A DNA stretch of 64,000 nucleotides from Octopus vulgaris (taxonomy: Eukaryota). The stretch is from positions 38,502,001 to 38,566,000 of the forward strand of contig OX597818.1 of assembly GCA_951406725.2 (NCBI GenBank), read 5' to 3'. Under the pieces are notes generated by a model. That model was not told the origin of the DNA. It saw nothing but the letters and a program-made list of their open reading frames with translations, and ran no database searches. Position numbers and translations under genes: made by a program. Below are positions 50,259 through 62,796 of the stretch, piece by piece; positions within the stretch are counted from its first letter, which is position 1; the number at the start of each line of letters is the position of its first letter.

Positions 50259-52208
50259 CGTTGGTCAGTGTTTTTTTTTGTTTTTTTTTTGCAATGCTAG
50301 GAGTCATGACACCCAACGTCATGAATTATTGAACAAGTGAAGCACAACTACAAGGTAAGACATTTGTTTTTTGGGGATTCAGTGGGGGTTTGTTGCTTGT
50401 GTTTAATTATTTTGTCGAACAAGAAATCTCCACTGAGTTCTGGGCATTTGTCTGCCTGTAGTTGTGCTTAGAAGTCTCACTTAGTGGTGAGAAGTGTGTT
50501 TTGGGGGCATATCCCTCCTCCTATAATTGAGAACTTATTTTTTACCCATTTTTTGGTGAAATTGTTGTGTGTGCCCTGGATTACCAAGTGGATTACTGAG
50601 TTGGCCAGAAGTACCAGGATAGCCAGAAGAATAGTTTGCTGTGTTTTTGAACTGTTGCTTGTCTTCTTCCTTCTTTCGTGCATTTTTTTGTTTTTTTAAA
50701 TCTGTGAACTGTTGTTTTCTGTGAATTTTTTTCTCAAAAAACATAGCAAGAAAGATAAACAACTCTACGTTGGAGTGCGAGGTTGTCCCACCCAAACAGT
50801 GGATGAAAGACTTTGAAGAGAGGACGGTGGTGTTAAGGACTTACTCAAAGTTGCTGGACACCATCGCTCTCTTTAAAAAAACAAAAATTGTAAAAGTGTT
50901 GGCAAAGTATTTGCCAACTATTAAATTCATCTCCATTGCAATGGTGTGGTTGCTATTTGACACCCCTGAGGAGGCTTGCAAATTTGTGAGCCAGCCCTTA
51001 GAGGGCGAAGAGATTTTGTTTCTTCTCATGTATTGTGGGAAGAAGTTGACAAGAGCTTGGGTCTGTGGGTTGCCACCCTGGATAGAACCCGAGTGGATAG
51101 CGGATACTATCTTCTGGGGTCTGGGTGGCAGCGGATCCAAGCTGCTTAATGTTAAAATTTTGCCAGCGGCTGATTGGGTTGGGTCAAAAGCTGTTTTGAC
51201 CCTGTGGACCCAATCAGCCAAGAATCTGGTCTTTCCAGATTTTTTGAAAATGGCCGGTTGCAGGTATCCAGTTATACTTGAGGGACGCCCCCTCCCCAAG
51301 TGTCACCTGTGCCTGGAACCAGGCCACATTAAAAAGAACTGTCCCCAGTACCAGAGTAGGGTCCTGGAACAGTTGGCAGTGGAAGAGCTCCCCCACCTCT
51401 TCCGGAAGGAGAGATGGAGGTAGTTGAGAAGGTAGAGACCTCATCCGAAAAAAAGGAAGAAGGTGGGTAACAATGGTTGCTCACCAAAGGACCCTAAAGC
51501 TGCAGGAGTTGAGGGATGATCCTCTGGTTAAAGCAGAGGAACCACCCCCTCCCATATCAAAGATGAGAAAAAAGAAGAAAAAGAATGGGACATGCTGGCA
51601 TGTCCTGAAACCTTGGTGGGAATTGTGCCATTGATGGAGGAAACTGTAGCCCCTCCCAGTATAATAAATGAGGAATTTGTGATCTTCTTTCTTAAGGGAG
51701 GGGCCATAGAGAACTTTGTGAGGAATCTGGAAGGTCGGGAACAGGCGGTCCTGACCTGCATTGAAAGCCCGGATTGGCCTCCACAGGTGGCTACAGAGGT
51801 CATGGCATAAAATTATTTCTACAGGGTGATAGATTCCTTTACTAAGGATGAATACAATTGTCTCTTATGGGGCCCCACCTTGTGACTGCAGGCAGTAAGA
51901 GACTTAGTCGGGGAGGTAGAGTAAGAGGTTTTTGTGCCTCGATTTGAATTTGGTGAGTTTGGTAAGAGGCTTAGCGCCTCAAGTTGAAAAATTGATTGTA
52001 TATGTTTGCTAAACTTTTGTGAGATTTGATTGGTAAGAGGCTCAGTGCCTCAATTTGTAACTGTTATAAGAGGTTCATTACCTCGTTTGTGGTTTTTCAA
52101 AAAAATGAACAATGTTATCAGGAAGTAACAATCGGTGGGCATTGTCTGTGTTCAGTCCTCAAGCTTCCATCTGTATTATGCCTTTATGGCAAATGTAATG
52201 AAATGAAA
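50259..52208 (+). mobile_element. non-LTR retroposon with only an ORF1-like gene, nested in a SINE head
   Basis: Zinc knuckle CHLCLEPGHIKKNC in ORF 50770-51423; no EN/RT motifs seen; AAGCTTG duplicated at 50252-50258 and 52209-52215; host SINE resumes after it. Confidence 0.7.
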
Positions 52209-52842
52209 AAGCTTGTTTCACAACCACTTGGTTCAATCCCACTGCATAGCACCTTGGGCAAGTGTCTTATACTGTAGTTCTGGGCCAACTAAAACATCCC
52301 ATTGTAGCTCCAAACTGACATGCCTTGTGAGTGAATTTGGTAGACAGAAACTGTGGAAATCCATAATGTATAAAAGTGGATGTATAAAAGAAGTCCAGCA
52401 TATGTGTGTTTGTCCCCAGTTTTACGTGACCACTGGTGTTAGTTTGTTTACATCCCTGTAACTTAATAGTTTGGAAAAAGAGACCAATAGAATTAGTATC
52501 CTGCTTTTTGTGCTTACTTTGTAATTTGAGGGTATGCTCTGCATATCTTCACCATTATGTTTCTTTTCCAACCAGGTTAACCCTATATCTCCTCTATAGC
52601 AAGATTCCTATTCCTGTCCCTTTAACCACTCATTACTTGTGGCAGTTCCACATAGGAAGCACCCTGTACACTTTGTAAGGTAGTTGCCATTAGGAAAGGT
52701 ATCTAGCAGTCATTCGAGCTTGGTCTAGCCCTCATGCCTGCCAGCTTCTGTTGAATCGTCCAAACCATGCCAGCATGAAAAACGGATCTTAAATGATGAT
52801 TGTGTGTGTGTGTGTGCATGTGCGCATGTGTGCATATATATA

Positions 52843-54835
52843 TCATCATCATCGTTTAACGTCCGCTTTCCGCGCTAGCACGGGTTGGACGGTTTGACCG
52901 GGTCTGGGAAGCCAGGGGCCGCTCCAGGCTCCAGTCTGAATCTGGCAGAGTTTCTACGGCTGGATGCCCTTCCTAACGCCAACCACTCCGTGAGTGGATT
53001 GGGTGCTTTTACGTGCCACCTGCACAGGGGCCGGAGGGTCCGGCATCGTCACGATCGGATTCGAGCATTTTAACGTGTCAGCGGCACGGGGGCAACGAGG
53101 TCCGGGGTACTTTGGGGATTGGGGTATTTTGGGGATCCAGGGTACTTTGGGGATCCGGGGTACTTTGGGGATCCGGGGTACTTTGGGGATCCGGGGTACT
53201 TAGAATGGGTAGGGGGGTACTTAGAATGGGTAGGGGGTATGTGGAATTGCTGCAGAAAGCAGCCCGGGTCTTTGTAGTCACAGCATATCTCCAGAGATCT
53301 CGGTCCTTCGCCATTGCCTCAGTGAGGCCCAATGCTCTGAGGTCATGCTTGACCACCTCATCCCATGTCTTCCTGGGTCTACCTCTCCCCTGATACCTTC
53401 AACTGTTTGGGAGTGGCACTTCTTCACACATCTCTCTTCATCCATCCGCAGCACATGACCATACCATCGCAAGCGTCGCTCTTGCACACCACATCTGATG
53501 CTTCTTATATCCAGCATTTCTCTCAGGATACTTACACTCTGTTTTGCGTGCACACTGACACTACACATCCAGCGGATCATGCTAGCTTCATTTCTTTCAA
53601 GTCTACGCATGTCTTCTGCAGTCACAGCCCATGTTTCATTACCGTGAAGCATGGCAGTTCGCACACATGCATCATATAATCTACCTTTTGCTCTGAGGGA
53701 GAGGCCTTTTGTTGCCAGTAGGGGTAGGAGCTTTCTGAACTTTGCCCAGGCTATTCGTATTCTAGTGGTGATACTCTCTGTGCATCCACCTCCGCTACTA
53801 ACTTGGTCTCCCAGGTAGCGGAAACTATCAACTACTTCTAGTTTCTCTCCCTGGAGTGTGATGGAATCTGTTTTCTGAGTGTCTGTTGTGTCTATTGTCC
53901 CTGTGCATCTGCCGCACATGAAAGCTATCTTATCTGTTAATTTCCCTTTAATGTTGCTGCACCTCTTATGTGTCCATAACTTACATTGGGTGCATCTTAT
54001 GGAGTTTCTACCTGTACCTTTCCTACAGGTTGAGCAGGGCCACCTACCCGAGGGGATGTGTGTTGAGTACCTCTTGCTGCTTACTAATACTTTGGTCTTT
54101 GCTACATTTATTCTAAGGCCCTTTGATTCCAACCCTTGCTTCCATACCCGAAATTTCTCTTCTAGTTCCGGTAGTGATTCTGCTATGAGAGCTAGGTCAT
54201 CGGCATAGAGGAGCTCCCAGGGGCATCCCGTTTTGAATTCCTCTGTTATTGCTTGAAGTACTATGATGAACAAAAGGGGACTGAGGGCTGAGCCCTGGTG
54301 CACACCTACTTCTACTCGGAATTCTTCACTATATTCGTTGCCAATCCTAACCTTGCTAACAGCCTCTCTGTATAGAGCCTGTACAGCCCTTATTAGCCAT
54401 TCTTCAATCTCCAGTTTCCGCATCGACCACCAGATAAGGGAACGGGGAACCCTGTCAAAGGCTTTCTCCAAGTCTACAAAAGCTATGTAGAGGGGTTTAT
54501 CTTTAGCTAGGTACTTCTCCTGCAGTTGTCGGACCAGGAATATAGCATCAGTGGTGCTTCTACCTGGTACAAAACCGAACTGCATTTCATCTAAACAAAT
54601 TCTCTCCCTAATGAGATTGGTTATGACCTTCTCTGAGACCTTCATCACCTGGTCCAACAGTTTGATACCTCTGTAGTTATTTCTATCTAGAGCATCACCC
54701 TTACCCTTGTAGCAGTTGACTATGGTACTGCTGCACCAGTCATTGGGTATGGCTCCATTGTGAACTACCTGGTTTACAATGCGGGTGACTATGGCATGGC
54801 CCACATAGCCAGCTGTTTTAAGCATCTCAGCAGTG
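52843..54835 (-). mobile_element. 5'-truncated RTE-clade LINE with near-intact RT
   Basis: ORF 53278-54825: NYRGIKLL, QFGF, FVDLEKAFDRV, GVHQGSALSPLLF, YADD, FRYLG, RRLRWYGHV; one frameshift near 53385; (GAT)n tail. Confidence 0.95.
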
Positions 54836-55469
54836 ATACATATATATATATATATATATGCTGTGACTGCGAAGACCCGAAAGATAATGTGAGTCCATGG
54901 CTGTTTCCTGCACCAGCTTCACATAGAAGCTCCAGCCCATCCAAAGTGCCTTGGGTCGCAGAACGGCCTGCTATACTTACCTTGCATCGTAGGGCGACCT
55001 GCTGTGCTTGAGGAGACCTATTAACTGAAGTACATCAACATCAAAAAATCAAATGGAAATTGTAGTTGTGATACCCGTGCTGGTGGCATGTAAAAAGCAC
55101 CATCCAAATGTGGTCAATGGCAGCGCCGCCTTGACTGGCTTCCATGCCGGTGGCACGTAAAAAGCACCCATTACACTCACGGAGTGGTTGGCGTTAGGAA
55201 GGGCATCCAGCTGTAGAAACACTGCCAGATCAGACTGGAGCCTGGTGCAGCCTCCTGGCTTCCCAGACCCCGGTCGAACCGTCCAACTCATGCTAGCACG
55301 GAAAACAGATGTTAAACGATGATGATGTATATATATATATATATTAAGAAGTTAATTATATCGAAGAGTGACCAATGGTTTTGCATCCATAAATTACTTA
55401 GCTTTATATACAGCTCATTAGACTCAAATGGCCATGGGCATGTAACTGTTTAGAGTGTACTTATTTTTC

Positions 55470-56785
55470 AGATATATGATCTACTGACAATAGCTGAATC
55501 GCTACCAGAACCAGAGATGTTTCAGATATGGAAGCAAGAATTCAAGAGCCTTAAAGTTAACCTAGCAAAAACCAAAGTCTTAGTAAGTAGGAAGGCAGAC
55601 AAATCGCATATCCCTTCAGGTAGATGGCCCTGCTCAGTCTGTAGAAAAGGCATAGGTAGAAACTCCATAAGATATACCCAGTGTAAGCTATGGACACATA
55701 AAAGGTGCAGCAATATCAGAGGAAAGTTAACAGGGAAAGTAGCTTGTGTGTGTGGAAGATGCACAGGTACAATAAACACCAAAAATGTACAATGGGGTAA
55801 GCTAGAGGTAGTAGATAGCTTCCATTATCTAGGTGAGCAAGTTAGTAGTGGAGATGGATGCTCTAAGAGCATAACAGTATAAGAATAGGCTGGTCAAAGT
55901 TCAGAGAGTTCCTGCCTCTGCTAGCAACAAAGGGTCCCTCAGAGTGAAAGGCAGATTGTAAGATGCCTGTGTGCAAACAGCTATGCTACTCTGCAGCGAA
56001 ACTTGGCCTGTGACAGCTGAGGACATGCGTAGGCTGGAAAGAAATGAAGCCAGTATGTTTTGCTGGATGTGCAATGTCAACGTGCATGTTCAACAGAGTG
56101 TAAGCATCTTTAGAGAAAAGTTGGGCAGAAGAGGCATCAGATGTGATGTGCAAGAGAGATAACTGCGCTGGTATGGTTATGTGATGTGTATGGATGAGGA
56201 CAGCTGTGTAAAGAAGTGCTAATCTCAAACTGTGGAGGGAAGCTGTGGTAGAGGTAGACCCAGGAAGACATGGGATGAGGTGGTGAAGCATGATCTTTGA
56301 ACTCTGGGCCTCACAGAGGCAATGACTAGTAACCGAGACCTTCGGCAATTTACTGTGCTTGAGGAAACCTGTCAAGCCAAGTGAAATTGTAGTCGTGGCT
56401 GATGCTTGTGTCACGTAACTGGCACCTGTGCTGGTGGCACATAAAAAGCACCTTTGAGCGTTGGGCCACACAGAGACAAAGTGGCAGGTAAAAAGCTCCT
56501 TTCAGGCATTGGGCCTCACAGAGGCAATGACAAATTGAGAAGAAGACCCATCAAATCAAGTAAAATCATAGTTGTGGTAGATACAGGTGTCACACAAATG
56601 GCATCCATGCTAGTGGAATGCAAACACACTCATTACATTCTCGGATTGGTTGGTATTAGGGAATCCAGCCATAGAAACCATGCCAAATCAGACTGGAGTC
56701 TGGTGCAACCTTCCTGCGTTCCAGTCCAGTCAAACTGTCCAGCCTATGCAGCATGGACAACAGACATTAAATGATGATGATGATA
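55470..56785 (+). pseudogene. second, decayed copy of the same RTE LINE
   Basis: KVNLAKTKVLVS, WPCSVC...WTHKRC...CGRC, FHYLG, RGRPRKTW, with stops and frameshifts; opposite orientation to the first copy. Confidence 0.92.
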
Positions 56786-56790
56786 TATAT

Positions 56791-57172
56791 ACTCTTTTAC
56801 TTGTTTCAGTCATTTGACTGTGGCCATGCTGGAGCACCGCCTTTAGTCAAGCAAATCGACCCCAGGACTTATTCTTTGTAAGCCTAGTACTTATTCTATC
56901 AGTCTCTTTTGCCAAACCGCTAAGTTATGGGGATGCAAATACACCAGTATTGGTTGTCAAGAGATGTTGGTGGGGACGGACACACACACACACACATACA
57001 TACATATATACAACGGGCTTCTTTCAGTTTCTCTCTACCAAATACACTCACAAGGCTTTGGTTGGCCCGAGGCTATAATAGAAGACACTTGCCCAAAGTA
57101 CCACACAGTGGTACTGAACCCAGAACTGTGTGGTTGGTAAGCAAGCTACTTACCACACAGCCACTCCTGCAC
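56791..57172 (-). mobile_element. tRNA-derived SINE (46170 family)
   Basis: Reverse complement closely matches 46170-46542. Confidence 0.9.
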
Positions 57173-58235
57173 CTTATATATATATATATAATCATTTAAC
57201 ATTCTTTTTCCATGCTGCTATGGGTTTGATGGTTTGACAGGAGTTGAGTGTACAAACCATGCCAAGTTATAATGTCTGCTTTGACATGGTTTCTACAGCT
57301 GGATGCTCTTCCTAACACCAACCACTTTACAGAGTGTACTGGTGTTTGTACATGATACCGGGACTCGTGAGGTTTTCAAATAACTAGCAAGACAAGACAG
57401 ATGAGTTGGGAGGTGGCTTTATGCTAGGTGATGAAATGTTAAATTATGGTGGTGGACAGGAACAGGTATCTTGCTGCAGGAGAGATACATGGTCACCTTG
57501 ATTGGATTAATGGAGGATGGTTAAAATGTATCAGGGCATTTCCTTAAGTTACAAGAAGGTGAATAAAGAGAAGTGGTATGAGTGGGTAAGTAAGTTCATG
57601 GGAGAATGAGAGGCAAGTAGCAGATGGATAGAGGGAGATGTAGTGAGTGATGAATATGGGTGGAGGCAAGGTTAGTCATGAATATATGAGGGAAAGGCAG
57701 GGGAAATGGGTTTGGGTCAGAGAGGTAATAGGTGGCAGTAAAGATGATGTGTAGTGGAGGGTTGTGTGCAAAAGAGATGCACAGTGCTAGGGGAAAGTCA
57801 GTGGTATATGGTGTTAGAAATGGTGGGAGATGGACAGAAGTAATGGGGGTTGGAGGGGCTGCTGCTTGGAAAAGGAGGAGGTGTACAGGTGAAGGGGAGG
57901 TGAAAGAAATGTTCAGCAGATATAGAGAGATAAGGGATGATACTGAGAGCGTGTGGAGAAAGTAGGGGTCTCAAAATTACAGAGTTTAATTGCTAGCTCT
58001 GTAGTTAAAAGGGTGATGAACTGATGGGTGTTAAGAAGATGAGTTGTGGGGAAAATGGCCTGTGTCAGGAGGTGGTGTTCATCAGGAATGGATTGGGTGC
58101 ATAGACATGAGTTGTGGGAGTAGAAGGGAGGGTAGGTTGGTTCGGGATAGACTGGATGTAGAAGCATAAAAATACAACGTGCATCCCAGAAGGTTTGAGA
58201 GTTTTAGGAGATACAGTTATAACCACCTAGATTAT

Positions 58236-58405
58236 TGTTATATAATTACTATCATTATTATATCATTACTATTATTATTATATCATTACTATTATTATTA
58301 TATCATTACTATTATTATTATATCATTACTATTATTATATCATTACTATCATTATTATATCATTACTATTATTATTATATCATTACTATTATTATTACAT
58401 CATTA
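58236..58405. repeat. (ATT)n-derived 20-bp minisatellite
   Basis: TATCATTACTATTATTATTA tandem units. Confidence 0.93.
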
Positions 58406-58479
58406 ATATACATCTAATAAGCTGACCTGCTAACTTTTATTATTCCAGATTGAAGAGGACGGCTGTAACAGCACTTTGA

Positions 58480-59360
58480 ACTCACCCTACTGAACACTGC
58501 TTACCACAGCTGACTAGTTTGCAGAATGCAGTCATGACATGAAAAAAATTTGGAAGCTTGCTACGCAACAAAGTTTTGTGTTAAACAGGATAAAAATGCT
58601 ACAGAAAGTTATGAAATGCTCCAGCCAGTAATGGATTAACTTGTTTAAGCTAAGCATCTGTTTTTCACTGGTACATTTGTTTTTCACTGGTACATTTGTT
58701 TTTCACTGGTACATCTGTTTTTCACTGGTACAAGATTTTCAAGGACAGTTGAGAGGTATGGGAAGGAGTGGGACAAGGAGTGGTTGAGCAATTGATGAAA
58801 ATAGATGAAAATTGTCTATAATGGCAATAAGCATACAATTTGAGGTTTGTGTAACACAATTATTCATGAAGATCTGAACTTTGAGCAAAGTTCTCAGAGT
58901 GTTTGGTGATGAACTAAAAGAAATATGCATTGGTGACAACAGGAGATGGTTGAACTCATTATCTCCAATCCATAAATACTTGAGTCTCTGGTGACCTATA
59001 ACAAAAGCTAGGTCCACTGTTATGATCTAGAGATCAAGTGCCCAATAGAGGCATCATGGCTCCCCCAGGTCCAAGAAGGCCAGGCAAAGTAAGTCCTCTG
59101 GGAAGCTTATGATGATCCTCTTTTTCAATCACAAGAGCATCATCTACATTCACTGAATTCCCTCTGGCCAGACAGACAACACAGAATATTTTGTAGAAGT
59201 TTTGAGGAAGTTCAAGAAGAGATTTTGTCACAAAGGGTCAGAACTCTTCCTCTCAAACTGGTGGTACCTACACCAGGACAATGCACCAATCCACAATTCC
59301 AAACTGGTAACCAACTACTTGACAGGGACAAGCATCAAAACCATCCATCACCCTCCCTGA
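58480..59360 (+). pseudogene. decayed mariner transposase with an internal 19-bp x4 tandem repeat
   Basis: KFCVKQDKNATESYEMLQ, KKARQSKSSGKLMMILFF, WYLHQDNAP; TGTTTTTCACTGGTACATT x4 at 58659-58732. Confidence 0.8.
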
Positions 59361-59559
59361 GTTTTGTCAAGCTGAGCAAATCCCCAACCATTCCAGTCCA
59401 TTGTCATATCCTCCATGAAGCTCAAGATCTGGAGATCATTCTTGACCACTTTATATCTCATATTTTCCTGGGTCTTCTTTGTCTACAGGTTCCATCAACA
59501 TTTAGCAATCAGCACATCTTTATGTATATTTACATATTTACCTTTATATATATTAAATT

Positions 59560-60835
59560 CAATAATGAATTAAACATTATCGACTGCACATACTTGTCTT
59601 GTTTATTTGTTGACTCCCTGTGGTATAGCACCTGGTGGATGACTCCCTCATTATGCTGGGTGCTAAAGCACCTGAAAGTCATAGATAGGTGAGATAATTT
59701 GCCTCTGATTGAATTCAGGAGTGATGGATATCGATATTTTACCATTTTTGGGGCTTATCAACATCATGTACCTGAATTTAACTGGGAATGAACGGAATTG
59801 CCAGGCTATCACTATATATAAATTGCGTAAAATCTATTTGCTGGCATGTCATGCTAATGCATACGTATAATTAAATTCAATAATAAATTATAAGCAGAAA
59901 TAGTGTTGTAAGCATTATCAAATGTACATACTCAATGAATGTGTTTTATTTGTTCACCAGTTTGCTGTGGAATAGTACCTGGGGGATGACTCCCTCATTA
60001 TGGTGGGTGTTGTAGACAGGTGAGACAACTTGCCTCTGATTAAATTCAGGAACGATGGATACTGATGTTTCACCATTTTTTTTGGCTTATCAGTATCATA
60101 TAACTTAATCAAACCAGAAATGAATCGAATCACCAGTCTATGAAAAAAATGGCAAAATATTGGCATCCATCACACCTGAATTCAATTGGAGGTAAGTTGT
60201 CTTATCTGTCTATGACTTTCAGGTGTTTTAACACCCAGCATAATGAGGGAGTTGTTCCCCAGGTACCATACCACAATGAACCAGCGAACAAACAAAACAT
60301 ACATTGAGTATATCATCATCATCATCATCATCATCGTTTAACGTCCGTTTTCCGCGCTAGCACGGGTTGGACGGTTTCGACCGGGGTCTGGGGAGCTCGG
60401 GACTGCCCCAGGCTCCAATCTAGTCTGGCAGTGTTTCTACAGCTGGATGCCCTTCCTAACGCCAACCACTCCGCGAGTGTAGTGGGTGTTTTTTACGTGC
60501 CACCTGCACAGGTGCCAGAGGGGTCTGGCATCGGCCACGTTCGGATGGTGCTTTTTATGTGGGGGGGGGGTGCAGAAATATAGGGGAGCACCAGTGGGGA
60601 GGGGTGGTTCAGAGAAATGATGACAGGTTCTAGACAAGTAGAACGTAGGATATCGAGAGAGGGGTAATGCATGGTGAAATAGCGTATTGAAGAGGGGGTT
60701 CGAAGAGTAGACACCTATAATGGTGGTGGGAGAAGCGACATCCAGTATAGATGGAGCAAAATATAGAGATATCCGGTATTGGTGGTGGGGGTGGGCAGGG
60801 CGGGTGAAGATACGAAGTTTGATTTTAGACGAATG

Positions 60836-60871
<36 letters not shown>

Positions 60872-60999
60872 GAAATTAGATAGATAGAGAAATTTGATAA
60901 ATAGTTAGACAGATAGAGAAACATAAATAAATGGTAACCGAAGTGAAAATTAAGCATTCAACTTATCTGCACTCAGGACTACAGCTTGTAGATGAATGA

Positions 61000-61031
<32 letters not shown>

Positions 61032-61795
61032 ACATATGTGTATTAGAGGGGACATACTTCAAGATGGCGCGAAGATACGAAGTTTGATTTTAGACGAATG
61101 TAGATAGATAGATAGATAGATAGATAGAGAAATTAGATAGATAGAGAAATTTGATAAATAGTTAGACAGATAGAGAAACATAAGAGGGAGTATCCGGTGT
61201 AGATGGTGAGAACAGTGTTCACCGGTATTGGTGGTGGGGGTGGGAGGGCGGGCGCACCGCGCATTGGGAGAAGATGAGGTTTTAGGCGGCAGAAAGAAGA
61301 CAGGATTGAGATGAAATGCTTTGCGGTGTGTGAATAAGTTTTTGAGTGAAAGTTTTTATGCTTCAGCTAGCATTTGAGACGAAAGACAACGATAACGCTA
61401 TTAGATGGGGATACAATAATAATAAGGCTTGCAAAAACAATGAAAAGAGGAAGGTTGATAATGTTAATAGCACTATTCCTGCTTTTAATTCGTTATAGAA
61501 TTTAATCTTACATATGCCTGTGCTGGTGGCACATAAAAAGCACCCACTACACTCACGGAGTGGTTGGCGTTAGGAAGGGCATCCAGCTGTAGAAACACTG
61601 TCAGATCAGACTGGGCCTGGTGCAGCCTTCTGGCTTCCCAGACCCCAGTTGAACCATCCAACCCATGCCAGCATGGAAAGCGGACGTTAAACGATGATGA
61701 TGATATGCATCACTGTGGTATATCAGTAAATAGTTTTTACCCAATTTATATATAGTCACAGACTGGTGATTCGATTCGTCCTGGTTTGATTCAGG
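59560..61795. mobile_element. direct-plus-inverted repeat complex with decayed hammerheads, interrupted by nested insertions
   Basis: Related units at about 59595-59810 and 59940-60140; inverted copy 60146-60310, with further inverted pieces at 61470-61515 and 61757-61795. Confidence 0.65.
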
Positions 61796-62346
61796 TACCA
61801 CCACCACCACCACCAATAACAACATCATCACAACCACTACTCTTATCACCATGAATGTTATTTTAGCATCCATTTTCCTCTGCTGGCATTATTTAGATGA
61901 GTCTGTAGTATGGCACATTGTCATTCTCGGTCCTGTAATTACCTCATCAGTGGGTACTAATATTTTGAGAAATCTGACCGTATTGTTTCTTTGCATAATT
62001 TCTATTTTAGTTCTTGCCCTCTTTACTTTTTGAATTCAAATGTATTTAACTTGATCCATCATCTCTCCAGTATTTATACCCTTAATGGATACTAGTTGAT
62101 TCAATTGATTATAACCTTTCTCAGGTGCAGGCATGGCTGTGTGGTTAAGAAGCTTGTTTTGCAACCACATGGTTTCAGGTTCCGTCCTATTGTAGCCCCA
62201 AACTGACAAATGCCTTGTGAGTGAATTTGGTAGATGGAAACTGTGTGGAAGTCCATAATTTATATATGTACATGCATGTTTTTGTATTTGTTCCTCCTGG
62301 CACTCCCACTGCTTGGCAACCTGGTATCCTGGTGTTTATTTGCTTA

Positions 62347-62796
62347 CCGTAAATCCTCGAGTATAGTCTGCCCTTGAGTATAATACACAGGGAGTTTTTA
62401 GGGGGCTGTACTTTTGAAAAACCTAAACCTTGTGTATAATACACACCCCTTCTTTAACATGAGTCGTGTGTAATTAAGCCAGCAGCACCTAGTCGAACAA
62501 ACACTTCCGCGCATGCGTAATACAATAATGGTGATGTTCTTAACTGTTATATGGGAATGTAAATATGTTTGCAAATTGTTTTTGTTATTCTGTGTTTGCT
62601 TTCAGGCTTAGCTTAAGGTATTTTCGCGCCCGACATCACAAAATGTGTCTGAATAAACATTGCCGGACAGCAAATAGTGACTCGGACATTGTTTAGAAAA
62701 TATTTTTCATTTTTAACCTCGTATATAGTACGCACTAGGGACTTTGACCTTTAAATTTTGGGGAAAAAAATGCAGATTATACTCGAGGATTTATGG
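62347..62796. mobile_element. Tc1/mariner-superfamily MITE nested in a SINE
   Basis: TIRs CCGTAAATCCTCGAGTATA / TATACTCGAGGATTTATGG, TA duplication; SINE sequence continues on both sides. Confidence 0.9.

Noticed and set aside
52860-52875. Apparent covariation in the RTE-tail palindrome (CCATGCTAGCATGG vs CCGCGCTAGCACGG)
   Set aside because: CpG deamination on both strands explains it, so it is not independent evidence of RNA structure.
61915-61957. Minus-strand CTGATGA GGT...ACC GAGA motif
   Set aside because: Stem II is present, but the core is altered and stems I and III are not convincing.
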